Shown: positions 1 to 10,261, counted from the stretch's first letter. The stretch is 64,000 nt of DNA from a virus (IMGVR_UViG_3300008255_000098); one strand, 5' to 3'. A program made the numbers and translations. The notes: a model not told the origin generated them from the sequence alone.

Positions 1-2319
1 TAAATGAATCTGATATTTGATTCCATCAATACCTGCTCTGTTTTTAGCTATAAAAATGTTGCCAAATCCTGTTGCCTTGTTTGCAGATTTACGTAAAAGG
101 CCTACAACAAAATCAGCCACGTGCGCTTGTCCGTACCCTTCAGCCATGTTTGTTAAATCAACAACGTCACTGTTAGCACCTTCTTTATTAGACTGAATCG
201 CAGTCCAAATTGGAACATCAAGTTCGGTAGCTAATGCTCGCAACTCTTCCATAACCTTCTTCAATTCCAGTCTTAAAAGTTCATAACGGTCAGATGAACG
301 CATAATACCAGCATAATCTACTAGAATTATATTTGGTACAAAGCCTTGTGTCGAAAGTTTGTCAATGTGGCCTCTAAGAGTCATAGCTGAGGCACTCGCA
401 GTTGGGTAGTACTTGATCCTGAGTCTTCCAAGATTTTCTTTGTTTTCTTGGTAATATGTTTTGATTTCTTCTTTACAATCAAAACATTCGAGACTAGGAA
501 TATCCATAATATGTGAGTCATATCTAATACCCATTGCTCTTTCGTTGAGTTCAAATGTGTAATGTAAAACATTACGTTTATGCAATAATGCCTGAGCACC
601 CACATGAACTAAAAAGTGTGATTTTCCACAATTATGATGAACTATGAAATCTCCCGTTAGATATAAATGATCGCCTGTTAAAGTAAACCCGTAAAAATCA
701 TCTTGTTCAAGAGCTTCAATTTCAAACCCGATGCGAGAAACATCTTTAATTTGACATCGTGGTTTTGCTTGTTTTCTTGCAAGACGTGTTGGTACAATTG
801 ACGTTTCACCAAAAATTGTTACAGCATAGCACGTTCCAGAATAATTATTTTGACAACTTTTACTTGTCTTTTCGCTATAAGAAGCTAAACCTAAGCTTTT
901 ACTTAAAAAGACAATATCATCAGCTAGTTGTTTGGATTTTGTTATATGACAAAAACACTTATTATTCAAATAACCACATGCGTCCAATAAGCCAGCAAGC
1001 ATTTCCAATCTATTTTTTCTGGAAGCAACTTTGTATTGTTGTGGAATAAATTTGTTCCCACCCTTCTTGCCCGCCAACCCAAGTTCGGACAAAATCTTTA
1101 CTATAGAATTGTTGTGTTTATAACCATTTGTAATGTAGTAGCCAGCTGTTTTATTCCCTTCTTTAGGGAGGCTTGAAATTCTAAACCCTGCGTTTGGAGC
1201 GAATTGCTGCCATTCATTTAAAATTTCCTCATCAGCTGTCGTTAGTTCAACTCTGTTTTTGTTGATAAAATCGCCGCCCAATAATGTTCCCAAAAGGTAC
1301 GGAGGAATTGGCAATTTTGTCTGGTATGTTTCTTCAAAAGACACACCTTTTGTGTATAACTTATATTGGTGTTTGAACGTTTTGCTCTTGTCTAAATAGT
1401 CTTTAACAGAAATGTTAATAACTTCGCCGTTCTTTTTTGGGTTTCTACTTTTGCACCCAAGATTTGTTCTCTGCAAAGAAAGAATATGATTTTCGTTGAC
1501 AACAAACGAGTCTCCCTTATTGGGAGTAATTTTGTACATGTTTTCTTTTCCACGTACTAATTTTAATACCCTTCTTGGTTTACTGTCCGACCCCATTATT
1601 AGGTCGCCGACTTGAATATCTTCAATTTTTTCCAAAGTCCCGTTATAGGTGAGAATTTCTGTACCTTTTGCATGACACCCAGTTGGAGCAATACACACTC
1701 CAAGTTCTCCAGCGCCAAGTCCACCGTTCAAGATTTTTCTTTGGTCTAATTCAGGAATACCAGTTGGTACTGTTTTTCGTGCTGTCTCAGAATATCTACT
1801 TTCAACATCTTCAAAAAGATCTAATCCCGGAGAATGATGATTCCCCGCATTAATTGCGGTTTTAACAACATCAATTACTTTGTCATATTTTTCTGATTCA
1901 ATTAGACCGACACTATCCATAAGCGCCTGGTGCAATCTTCTTCTTTTACAGAAGTCTAATGCTTTTTCTTTAACATGCGGTAAATCACCTAGGTCTTGGT
2001 TTGTGGCAACCTTTTTAAGAAAGGTTTTAATTTGGTCTAAAAGAAGCTTATCGTTCTGATTTTTCAATTCAGTTTTAAGCATTGTGATCAGCAACTCTGT
2101 TGATGGAAACTCCTTATATTTCCTATAATAGGACAAATAGGTTGAGGTTACCAACTTCAAATAACTAAATTGAAAAAAATCAATGTCGATAACTTCATTT
2201 AATTGTGAAGCCCACTGTCTGTCCATTATTAGGGCTTGGACTATTTTCTCTTGGAAAGATTTATCAAATGAAAAATGTGTAGGTTGTTGTTGTTGTTGTT
2301 CTGTCATTTCTTCTTGCAT
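1..2319 (-). CDS. dnaB: Replicative DNA helicase (DnaB/T4 gp41-like), intein-containing; runs off the window edge
   Basis: Manual translation from ATG at 2319 (GGAG RBS): MQEEMTEQQQQQPTHFSFDKSFQEKIVQAL. Walker A GVCIAPTG-[intein]-CGKS, then HYTFELNE, ILVDYAGIM, IWTAIQSNKEG, FIAKNRAG. Not in the ORF track because it has no stop inside the window. Confidence 0.93.
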   Translation of the reverse strand, partial: MQEEMTEQQQQQPTHFSFDKSFQEKIVQALIMDRQWASQLNEVIDIDFFQFSYLKLVTSTYLSYYRKYKEFPSTELLITMLKTELKNQNDKLLLDQIKTFLKKVATNQDLGDLPHVKEKALDFCKRRRLHQALMDSVGLIESEKYDKVIDVVKTAINAGNHHSPGLDLFEDVESRYSETARKTVPTGIPELDQRKILNGGLGAGELGVCIAPTGCHAKGTEILTYNGTLEKIEDIQVGDLIMGSDSKPRRVLKLVRGKENMYKITPNKGDSFVVNENHILSLQRTNLGCKSRNPKKNGEVINISVKDYLDKSKTFKHQYKLYTKGVSFEETYQTKLPIPPYLLGTLLGGDFINKNRVELTTADEEILNEWQQFAPNAGFRISSLPKEGNKTAGYYITNGYKHNNSIVKILSELGLAGKKGGNKFIPQQYKVASRKNRLEMLAGLLDACGYLNNKCFCHITKSKQLADDIVFLSKSLGLASYSEKTSKSCQNNYSGTCYAVTIFGETSIVPTRLARKQAKPRCQIKDVSRIGFEIEALEQDDFYGFTLTGDHLYLTGDFIVHHNCGKSHFLVHVGAQALLHKRNVLHYTFELNERAMGIRYDSHIMDIPSLECFDCKEEIKTYYQENKENLGRLRIKYYPTASASAMTLRGHIDKLSTQGFVPNIILVDYAGIMRSSDRYELLRLELKKVMEELRALATELDVPIWTAIQSNKEGANSDVVDLTNMAEGYGQAHVADFVVGLLRKSANKATGFGNIFIAKNRAGIDGIKYQIHL
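631..1677 (-). mobile_element. Intein (349 aa) with LAGLIDADG-type endonuclease domain, inserted in the helicase P-loop
   Basis: Begins CHAKGTEILTYNG, ends GDFIVHHN followed by Cys+1 (CGKS). Internal blocks YLLGTLLGGDF and LAGLLDACG. Confidence 0.93.
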
Positions 2320-2571
2320 TTACGTGCTCCGATTATTTTTGGATATAGTAGTTTTATCATCCACACAAACATTTTTAAACGCCGATAGAAAGAAAGTTTA
2401 TTCTATAAAAAAATTGTTTCAGAGCTGGTGGTCTCCATAAAGAGATCTCTGACTCATAAAATTCCATTTAGTTATAATGTTTGTAAAATAAAATTTTTTA
2501 CAAAAACTTACCTGCAAAATATTTACTTATTGTATGAAATTGCCCATGTTTAAAACACAATAACAAAATTA

Positions 2572-3081
2572 GTGTATAAAGAAAATAAAGAATTTAGTGG
2601 CAATTATACTGCTGACGAAGACTCTGGTTATGATAGAGAAGACACCTACGTAAATCCAGAAGACAACAAAAAATTTTGGGGTACCCGAGCAGGCGGGATT
2701 TTGTTAGTGGCCAAAGATACAAAACATGTTTTGTTATTATTAAGAAGTCAAGACGTCTATGAACCCGGAACATGGGGTATGCCTGGCGGAAAAGTAGATG
2801 GAGACGAAAGCACAGAAACTGCTGTGCGTCGTGAGGTCAGAGAAGAAATGAACTATACCAAGAAATTTTCCATGATTCCTTCGTACACCTTCTCTTCAGG
2901 AGAGTTTAAATATTATAATTTTCTTGGGGTTGTCTCAAAAGAGTTCGCTCCAAGACTTGATTGGGAAAATGATGATTTTGGGTGGTTTAATTTAGAAAAT
3001 TTACCAAGCCCACTTCATTTTGGAGTTGTAGCTCTCTTAAAAAACTCATTCAGTGAAATCAAAGATTTAGTAACAGTTTAA
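2572..3081 (+). CDS. NUDIX hydrolase
   Basis: Nudix box GGKVDGDESTETAVRREVREEMNY. Confidence 0.88.
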   Translation: MYKENKEFSGNYTADEDSGYDREDTYVNPEDNKKFWGTRAGGILLVAKDTKHVLLLLRSQDVYEPGTWGMPGGKVDGDESTETAVRREVREEMNYTKKFSMIPSYTFSSGEFKYYNFLGVVSKEFAPRLDWENDDFGWFNLENLPSPLHFGVVALLKNSFSEIKDLVTV

Positions 3082-4094
3082 AATGTCATTAAAGAACGCA
3101 TCTGACTTGCTAAATTTTCAAAATCAAATGAAACTGTCAACCCGGAAGAAATTACTTCTTTAATTAAAGAAACTTTATTCATTTTTGGTTCATGATTTTC
3201 AATAATATAATTTATTTTTGCAATTTCTTTTGCGGATAACATCCCTGGAGAAAGAGTCATAAGTCTCCAATTTCTTCGAATGATGTCTTCTGATTCCTTG
3301 ACTTGTTTAAAGGTTTTTTGTTTTGCCTTGTTGTTAATTTGTTTAACACATTCTTGTAAAATCATTCCAGTATCTATGTCTCTTGTCCTATCAGACACTT
3401 CTGGAAAGCGTTTGAGTACTGTTTTCAATCCAACCCCAATAACTCCGTCGATGTTATCGCTTGGATCTCCAACCATTGATCTGGCCATACAAAAATTCCT
3501 TGGTGCAATACCAAATTTTTTATATACTGCATTTCCGTCAACTATTTCACGCTTAGAGTGATCATAAATGGTGATTGTTTCATCTTCTAATAATTGATAG
3601 AAATCTTTATCGTTAGAAACGATAATTTTATCTGTTTTGTCAGTTCTAAAATATTGAGTTGCTATATAAGAAACAACATCGTCACATTCAGTTCCACTAA
3701 CAAACACTTGACACGCAGGAGTAAAACTCAAAAGTCTGTATAGTTGCGTTAGTTGTTTAACTCGTGTTTCGTGGTCATATTTTAAAGAATCTTTCATAGA
3801 GGCAGACCCAGATTTGAGCTTCTTAAATTCTTTGATTTTACCACGATTTGCTTTATAATCCTTGTAAATGGACTTTCTTTTAGCCGAACCACCACCAGAC
3901 TCCCAAACAACGAAAACTTTAGATGGCGAAAATATATCTATAGCATGATTCATAAACCTAAGAAATCCTACCACACCTCCGACTAATTCGCTTTTACTAT
4001 TTACAGTACCGTTAACAAGAAAATGTCTAATAAAAACATTCATCCCATCGATAATCAAATATGGTCTATTCTTTTTTGTATTTTCTATATTCAT
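3078..4094 (-). CDS. 5'-3' exonuclease / flap endonuclease (PolI 5'-nuclease / T4 RNase H-like)
   Basis: IIDGMNVFIR, YKANR, ECDDVV, SNDKDFYQL, GDPSDNIDGVIGVGLKT motifs. Confidence 0.92.
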   Translation of the reverse strand: MNIENTKKNRPYLIIDGMNVFIRHFLVNGTVNSKSELVGGVVGFLRFMNHAIDIFSPSKVFVVWESGGGSAKRKSIYKDYKANRGKIKEFKKLKSGSASMKDSLKYDHETRVKQLTQLYRLLSFTPACQVFVSGTECDDVVSYIATQYFRTDKTDKIIVSNDKDFYQLLEDETITIYDHSKREIVDGNAVYKKFGIAPRNFCMARSMVGDPSDNIDGVIGVGLKTVLKRFPEVSDRTRDIDTGMILQECVKQINNKAKQKTFKQVKESEDIIRRNWRLMTLSPGMLSAKEIAKINYIIENHEPKMNKVSLIKEVISSGLTVSFDFENLASQMRSLMTF

Positions 4095-4149
4095 TTGTGT
4101 TTCTCGTTTAAAGTATCTATTATAGATTTTATTACAAAAACAAATTTAT

Positions 4150-4704
4150 TTAAACTAGTTTCATTTCAATTTCTAATAGTAAATCATCTGGGTTATGAAG
4201 AACTAAATTTTTACCAATAGAATTTGACTGTAAAACTACCCATTTAATAGAGTCTTTATGTAAGACTTTGTGAAATAGATAAATATCATAAAATCCTGGC
4301 CTGTAAGTTGCGGTGTGAAACGGTCTAATAAAAATTATATTGTCACCTAGCGACATGCCAACACAATCTTCTGACATAACTACTTCTTGCATTGTTTGTT
4401 TTGTTAGATCGGGGAAAATTGCGATTCCATTTTGGCTAAATTTAATAAAATCCATTTCAGAGTTATCACAGATAGAGATTTTCTTGTTTCTTAATAAATT
4501 AGAAATGAAAGAATCTGGTACATATTCAAAACTAACTGTATCTCTATCTGTTGTTGACCATAATCCTTTGACATGTTTTTTTTGTTCGTAGTACCATTGT
4601 TTTGTAGATAAAAACACATTTCCGTTATTCGAAATATATAAACCTCTAAAAAGAGTTCCAGCCTGTACACTAAATAAATTTCTAAGTGTTTTTATAGTTT
4701 CCAC
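4150..4704 (-). CDS. Hypothetical protein (possible member of the expanded small beta-barrel paralog family)
   Basis: ORF track; GDNIIFI...HKVLHKDSIKWV segment resembles the 55.5-57.7 kb paralogs. Confidence 0.6.
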   Translation of the reverse strand: METIKTLRNLFSVQAGTLFRGLYISNNGNVFLSTKQWYYEQKKHVKGLWSTTDRDTVSFEYVPDSFISNLLRNKKISICDNSEMDFIKFSQNGIAIFPDLTKQTMQEVVMSEDCVGMSLGDNIIFIRPFHTATYRPGFYDIYLFHKVLHKDSIKWVVLQSNSIGKNLVLHNPDDLLLEIEMKLV

Positions 4705-4737
4705 TTCAAATATAAATATCTGAGTATGACCAAATTA

Positions 4738-5283
4738 TTATTTAATACCAGTGGAACCAAATCCTCCGTCGCCTCTTTCGGTTTCACTTAGCATTTTAAT
4801 CTCAACAACTTTTGGTTGTTCGACGGCGGCGATTACTAGTTGTGCTATTCTGTCGCCTTCATTTATGAAAAATATTTCTTTTCCATGATTAATCAAAATT
4901 ACTTTGATCTCACCACGATAGCCAGCATCTATGGTTCCTGGACTATTGAGAACCACCACATGATGCTTAGCGGCAAGGCCCGACCGTGAGCGTACCTGAG
5001 CCTCTGTTCCACTTTTAAGTTGTATGGCTAATCCAGTTTGTACTATTTGTACTTCCCCAGGAGGAATATTGTAAAATGATGTAGAGCGCAAATCCATCCC
5101 GGCATCATCTTTATTCTCATATCTTGGCAAAACTGCTTTGGGTGATAGTTTCAAAAATTCTACTATCATTTCTTTTCCATCTAAAACGGGGTTATGTGGT
5201 TTATTCCAGTCAACGTTATTTATTTCTTGTCCTATTTTTGCTGTTTGTTTATAAAATTCTACTTTTCTTTTTGTATTTTGCAT
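4738..5283 (-). CDS. dut: Trimeric dUTPase
   Basis: AGMDL, RSRSGLA, NSPGTIDAGYRGEI, RIAQLV, RGDGGFGSTG. Start moved to ATG 5283 (AAGGA RBS). Confidence 0.95.
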   Translation of the reverse strand: MQNTKRKVEFYKQTAKIGQEINNVDWNKPHNPVLDGKEMIVEFLKLSPKAVLPRYENKDDAGMDLRSTSFYNIPPGEVQIVQTGLAIQLKSGTEAQVRSRSGLAAKHHVVVLNSPGTIDAGYRGEIKVILINHGKEIFFINEGDRIAQLVIAAVEQPKVVEIKMLSETERGDGGFGSTGIK

Positions 5284-5290
5284 GTTATCC

Positions 5291-6532
5291 TTACCTTGCT
5301 GCTCTAACAGCTTCAACTTCTTCTAACGAAGAAGAGTCTAAATCTTCAAAAGTCGGATGAGCCTGCGTATCAGACTTCATCACCAGCGCACTCTCAAATA
5401 ATGCATCCATATATTTAGCATATTCTGGCGCATATAAAATTTTGTCAAAATCTGATTTATGAAATTTCTTGTCCAAAATAACTTCTCCAGTTCCAGCATC
5501 TGAGACAGTAAAGTTTCTCCACGCAGATGTTCCATAAACGTTTACATATTCATTCCCAATTTTCACGCCAGCGGGGCTTACTTTGATAACCTCCGCACAA
5601 TGTGCCCTAAATAAATCAAACACTTCTTCAAACTCTATAACCCCTACTCCAAATATAATTTGGAATTCGCAAGATCTAAACGGCCGGGCTACTCTGTTTT
5701 TAATAGTCTTTGCTTTTACTTTGATTCCTACTACATTCCCATCCTTATCTTTAATTTGTGTTTGTCCCGTGGATGAGATTCTAACTCTAACACTAGAGGC
5801 ATATGGTATTGCCATTCCGCCTGGTGTAGTAATGTTATCTCCGAACATTACACCTATCTTTTGCCTCTGTTGATTTACCAACAAAAATAAAACATTCTGG
5901 TTTCCAATAATATTGACAATTTTACGCATTCCCTTTCCAAGCACCCTCGCCTGTAGCCCAATAGTGTTTTGGTCATAATCTCCTTCTAATTCAGCCTTCG
6001 GGGAAGAAGCGGCAATTGAATCCCAAATTATTGTTACTGGCACGTCTTTAGCCATGGCACGAGCTTTTAAAATAGTACTTTCGGCAATTGCAAAAATCTC
6101 TTCTGTGCAAGCTGTCTGACAGAATACAAATCGTTTATTTACATTAATACCAATAGACTCTAAGTTAGTTAGGCTTGTGGCATTTTCTGTGTCAATATAT
6201 ACAACAATTCCGCCCATCTTTTGTGTCGCTTTAGCAGCTTCAAAACATATATGAGACTTTCCGCTTGAAGTGGGACCTTGGACCTCCACAATTCTTCCTT
6301 CAGGAAAGCCCCCATATTTTTGATTTGAAATCAAACAATCAAGTTGTCGGGACCCTGTTGAAATCCAACGCTTAATATTTGTTGGTGCGTCATCTGTAGA
6401 TAAGTTAAATGCAATTTTCTCTCCATTTTCTTTATTCAGTTGTTTGATGAGATCGGATGTAAAATCATCACATATGTCTTTTTTGGAATCATCATTTACC
6501 TTGTCTGTTTTTTTATTTTTCTGTTTTATCAT
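5291..6532 (-). CDS. recA: RecA/UvsX-like recombinase
   Basis: GRIVEVQGPTSSGKS, YIDTENA, IIWDSIAA, TPGGMAIPYASSVR, KNRVARPF. Start ATG 6532 after GAGG. Confidence 0.95.
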   Translation of the reverse strand: MIKQKNKKTDKVNDDSKKDICDDFTSDLIKQLNKENGEKIAFNLSTDDAPTNIKRWISTGSRQLDCLISNQKYGGFPEGRIVEVQGPTSSGKSHICFEAAKATQKMGGIVVYIDTENATSLTNLESIGINVNKRFVFCQTACTEEIFAIAESTILKARAMAKDVPVTIIWDSIAASSPKAELEGDYDQNTIGLQARVLGKGMRKIVNIIGNQNVLFLLVNQQRQKIGVMFGDNITTPGGMAIPYASSVRVRISSTGQTQIKDKDGNVVGIKVKAKTIKNRVARPFRSCEFQIIFGVGVIEFEEVFDLFRAHCAEVIKVSPAGVKIGNEYVNVYGTSAWRNFTVSDAGTGEVILDKKFHKSDFDKILYAPEYAKYMDALFESALVMKSDTQAHPTFEDLDSSSLEEVEAVRAAR

Positions 6533-6548
6533 ATTTCCTCTAAGTAAT

Positions 6549-6577
6549 ATTTTACCATTCAATGTTTGTTCTGTAAA
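6549..6577 (-). promoter_or_regulatory. Sigma70-like promoter TTTACA-N17-TAAAAT with extended -10 TG, upstream of recA
   Basis: Read from the reverse complement of 6549-6577. Confidence 0.55.
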
Positions 6578-6587
6578 CTACAAAGAC

Positions 6588-6620
6588 AAAAAAACCCAAA
6601 TAAAAATATTTGGGTTTCTT
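6588..6620 (-). terminator. Intrinsic terminator after the SSB gene
   Basis: AAACCCAAATA/TATTTGGGTTT hairpin followed by a U-tract on the minus strand. Confidence 0.55.
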
Positions 6621-6656
6621 TATTCATTTGTTTTTGCTAGATATCATTTATTTATT

Positions 6657-7541
6657 TTAAAATAATTCGCTAACATCATCATCTAAGTCCGAAAAGGCAT
6701 CTTCAATGTTCTTTGTGGCAGCTGCTGCATCGTCTTTAGCAGAAAGTCCTTTTGAAGACGTATGATTTTTACCAGCTGAGTTAACTTCTTTTCCGACGTT
6801 CGTAGAAGTCTCTTCGCCATCATCACCAGCTGTCTTCGCTAGGAAGTTTTCCACAGCTTGTTTGATCCACTCTGCGTTTTTGACTTGTGCTTTGAAGTAC
6901 GCTCCGAGGTCTGGCATAGAAGCTATCAACTCATCTATTTCCTTTTTGGTCTTTGCGACCTTACTTGCCTTACGTCGTGGCTGGAGATCATAGTTTTTAA
7001 TGGTCCAAGTATTAAACTTTTTACCAGAATCGGTGACGGTAAGGGTAAAATCAAATCCATCATTGACTTCCATCATGTTTTCTTCCGCATAATCTGGGTG
7101 GGCAAGAATTCCATAAATATCTTTTAAGATATTAGGGCTGAGTTCCCAAATTTGTATTCCCTTTTCTTCTTCTCCACGGACAAGAATCGGGGCGTAAAAA
7201 CGATCTCGTGGACGTAAGTTGTTCATCAACCTCCAAGTTTCACGTGTATTTTCCTTTTTCAATTCGTTGATTAAGTCAAAGACCGGATCTTCCATTTGAT
7301 ATTGTGAAGGAACAACAAACCTAGTTTCGGATAAGCTTTTATTGTCGTAATAAGATACCTCCTCAAATGGTTGACCATTTCTATCAACATATGGCAAGAA
7401 TCTAATTTCATAAGAACTCTTACCCCCGTCAGATGTCAATACTGGTTTAAACCAAGTAAGTTTTACCCTGTCCTTCCCAGAGTTTCTTCCGCCAGATAAA
7501 TCGGCGAGTTTTTGTTTTATAGCTTCTAAATCGTATGCCAT
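6657..7541 (-). CDS. Single-stranded DNA-binding protein, T4 gp32-like
   Basis: EIRFLPY, RFYAPILVRGEEEKGIQIW, GFDFTL, acidic C-terminal tail; lies next to recA. Confidence 0.75.
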   Translation of the reverse strand: MAYDLEAIKQKLADLSGGRNSGKDRVKLTWFKPVLTSDGGKSSYEIRFLPYVDRNGQPFEEVSYYDNKSLSETRFVVPSQYQMEDPVFDLINELKKENTRETWRLMNNLRPRDRFYAPILVRGEEEKGIQIWELSPNILKDIYGILAHPDYAEENMMEVNDGFDFTLTVTDSGKKFNTWTIKNYDLQPRRKASKVAKTKKEIDELIASMPDLGAYFKAQVKNAEWIKQAVENFLAKTAGDDGEETSTNVGKEVNSAGKNHTSSKGLSAKDDAAAATKNIEDAFSDLDDDVSELF

Positions 7542-7937
7542 TGTTTTTCCTTTGTTTTTCTAATGTTTTTCTAATGTTTGTTTCATTTCGCAAAATAATA
7601 TTTGCTCTAAAACACTTACCAACTATTGGTAAGCATAAACTGTGTTTGAATAAACATAACAACTTTGTTTTAAATTTTAAACCTTGTTATGTAACTTGAT
7701 TTGATTTTTAATCAGAGAAATCAAAATCTCTATATGTCTTTTTGTTTATATCTTTCATGAAAATTGTTTTAAAATGTTTAATTTGGTTGTTGTTAAGTTG
7801 TTTTATATTTATTGTTTAGATGTTTTCGCTTCTTGTAATAAGTAGGTTTGTTGAACCTAAAAGTCTATTTTTCTTATTATAAGATATTAAATTTTATTCA
7901 ATAAAATCAACTACTTACAAAGTTTTTTAAACAAAAT

Positions 7938-8546
7938 TTATTCTAAAACAGATTGTTTGTTTTTGCCTTTTATACAGGCTACTCTTACGGCAGTTTGTAA
8001 AATTACCGACAACGGAGAAACATCATATAAATCTGTGCTGTACATTTGTCCGAGTTTTGACAAACTCAAAATTGCGTACATCTCATCTTCACTTACAGGA
8101 CATTTTGCTTTATTGGTTAGCCACCAGAGTGAACGTTGGCTCGGATGAATTTTATCTATCTTCTTGTTTAGTTCGTACATCATTCCACGTTCTCTATGCC
8201 AGTTTGATTCTTGTTCTAAATAGTAGTCTTCATTTTCATTACCAATTTTACCGAAATCATGAAACAAAGAAGTAACAAGTAAACTATCTCCGTTTTCGGT
8301 AAAATTAAGAGAGTTATTCAGATTTTTTGCAAGCGCAAAAACAGTTAGGCTGTGTCTAACAAGCCCGCCAGGATAGGCGCCGTTAAACTCTGTTCTAGAA
8401 GATGCAGGCGCAGCAGCCAAACGATCTTTTTCAGAATCACACAAAGACAGCAAACTATCTCTTACAGTTTTATTCTCCACTCTTTTTACTAAACCGTAAA
8501 ACAAATCCCAGTTTTTTTCTATTTTAGCTATTAATTCTTGATTCAT
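7938..8546 (-). CDS. HD-domain phosphohydrolase
   Basis: GGLVRHSL...LFHDFGKIG. Confidence 0.8.
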   Translation of the reverse strand: MNQELIAKIEKNWDLFYGLVKRVENKTVRDSLLSLCDSEKDRLAAAPASSRTEFNGAYPGGLVRHSLTVFALAKNLNNSLNFTENGDSLLVTSLFHDFGKIGNENEDYYLEQESNWHRERGMMYELNKKIDKIHPSQRSLWWLTNKAKCPVSEDEMYAILSLSKLGQMYSTDLYDVSPLSVILQTAVRVACIKGKNKQSVLE

Positions 8547-8621
8547 ATTTCCTCATTATTGTAGAGATAACAATAATAAAAAAATTTGTAAACACATTAG
8601 TGTTTTTTAAATAACTTTTTA

Positions 8622-9248
8622 TTATGGGTGAGCGATATATCCAACGACGGCGCCGACCGCTGCGGCTCCAATTACAACTAAACCCCATTTAATAGCCAAA
8701 CCAAATTTGGTTCTAAAAAACCCACTAGTCAAACTATCAACATAGTCTTTATGTAAGGTGTGACAATTAATAATTTCTCTTTGTTGTCCCGCAATTACAA
8801 TATTAGCCTCAGCCCGATCACTTCTTAAACGTAGACGAAGTTGCCCTACCTCCAAAGTTATTCTGTTTGTATCCGTTTCCCTTTGAAGTCGCAGAGCGAG
8901 TCGAGCACGGTCATAACTTGCTTGAGTTTCTGAAATAATAAAAGCAACAGCAGAAGGATTTAATAAAACTCCTGCCCACGGAGCTACTTGTCCAGATTGT
9001 AAGAAAACTTGTCTTTCTCCATGGCTTCCATCTGTTAAATAGGGTTCTGGTAATTGAATTTCTTCTAATGGGGATATAGTTGTTTCTATTTCAGCCCAAT
9101 CGATTGTTATATCTTCTGGAGAATTGGCAGTGGGCTGCCCCGACTCAAGCATTGTATCTGGGTTATTCTGTGCGGTTGCTCGTGGGGCAAAAGAAATTCC
9201 CATTAGGGAAGCTGCAAGAACAATTAATAATGTTTTTCTCATATTCAC
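8622..9248 (-). CDS. Exported protein with signal peptide and hydrophobic C-terminus
   Basis: N-terminal KTLLIVLAASLMGISFAPRATA; C-terminal WGLVVIGAAAVGAVVGY. Confidence 0.65.
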   Translation of the reverse strand: MNMRKTLLIVLAASLMGISFAPRATAQNNPDTMLESGQPTANSPEDITIDWAEIETTISPLEEIQLPEPYLTDGSHGERQVFLQSGQVAPWAGVLLNPSAVAFIISETQASYDRARLALRLQRETDTNRITLEVGQLRLRLRSDRAEANIVIAGQQREIINCHTLHKDYVDSLTSGFFRTKFGLAIKWGLVVIGAAAVGAVVGYIAHP

Positions 9249-9649
9249 TCCGTTGGAATCCCAAAAGTATTAGTTACTGCACTTGTTAAAGTCGTTGGAT
9301 TGGAATTATAATTTGATATTATATTATCTTGGGTTGTGGCTCTTTGAGTTTCAATTTTGGTTAATTCCGTTTTATATTCTTGTTCAATCCTATGAAGCTC
9401 ATCAAGATAATTTCGCATAATACGTTCTTGGTCAGCACGTTCTTGTTCTTGCACCGCACGTAAGTCTTCTATCTGTTGACGATTATCTGCACTTTGTTGT
9501 GTATAACTTTTAAATAGATTTTTATACGCCTGGTCGTTTGATCTAAAGCTCCACGCCAAGAATCCTACTCCAAATAACAAAACTATGACAAGCCAATTAT
9601 TTTTAATCCATTTCCAAAATGATGATAATAATTTTTTAAATTTTTCCAT
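9245..9649 (-). CDS. N-anchored membrane protein with coiled coil (i-spanin-like topology)
   Basis: TM segment WLVIVLLFGVGFLAWSF, then a Q/E/R-rich helical region. Confidence 0.6.
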   Translation of the reverse strand: MEKFKKLLSSFWKWIKNNWLVIVLLFGVGFLAWSFRSNDQAYKNLFKSYTQQSADNRQQIEDLRAVQEQERADQERIMRNYLDELHRIEQEYKTELTKIETQRATTQDNIISNYNSNPTTLTSAVTNTFGIPTE

Positions 9650-9654
9650 TAATC

Positions 9655-9975
9655 CTAATTAATTCCAAACTTTTTCTCTTCAGTTTGTATTAACTTTGGA
9701 TGGTTTTCTTCTGTTTGTTCATTTTGTTCAAAAGAATATAATATTTCTTCTTGTAAGATTGTCATAGCAGACAACTTTTCATTAATTTGTATTATCTTGT
9801 CAGACAAAATTGTAACTTTATTATTAAGATTATGGGCCATAATCTTTACCTCTTCAAAATTTGTATCTTCTATATCTTCTGTAGACACATCATGTAAAAA
9901 GTTGTTCTCCTCTTTTTCTTTTAAAGCCTTCAGAAGGTTTTCTAAGAAAGAAACAAATTTCAATTTTATTGACAT
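9655..9975 (-). CDS. Hypothetical coiled-coil protein
   Basis: ORF track; tightly packed in the operon. Confidence 0.6.
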   Translation of the reverse strand: MSIKLKFVSFLENLLKALKEKEENNFLHDVSTEDIEDTNFEEVKIMAHNLNNKVTILSDKIIQINEKLSAMTILQEEILYSFEQNEQTEENHPKLIQTEEKKFGIN

Positions 9976-9977
9976 AC

Positions 9978-10259
9978 CTAAACTCCATTTTTATTTTTTT
10001 CTTTGAGATTTTTTTCAATGAGTTTATAAACTAATTCAGCATCTATATCACTTTTACGTTTATTGCCAAAATTATGTTGTTTGTAGGTAACAGTTTCATC
10101 CATTATTTCTAATAATCTATGATCATAAAGTGTTACTTTTTCTATAACATATGTAAAAAATTGTTGTGGAGATAAGCCTTTTTTGAATAAGATCTTCCTT
10201 AGTTCTTTAAGAGACCCTTCATCAAATTCAAAAACAATTTTTGTTTTTTTTATAACCAA
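9978..10259 (-). CDS. Hypothetical protein
   Basis: ORF track; tightly packed in the operon. Confidence 0.6.
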   Translation of the reverse strand: MVIKKTKIVFEFDEGSLKELRKILFKKGLSPQQFFTYVIEKVTLYDHRLLEIMDETVTYKQHNFGNKRKSDIDAELVYKLIEKNLKEKNKNGV

Positions 10260-10261
10260 AG

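Noticed and set aside
381-2440. Short ORF-track entries at 381-605, 759-1049, 1668-1853 and 2183-2440
   Set aside because: They are shadow frames of the minus-strand helicase/intein gene.
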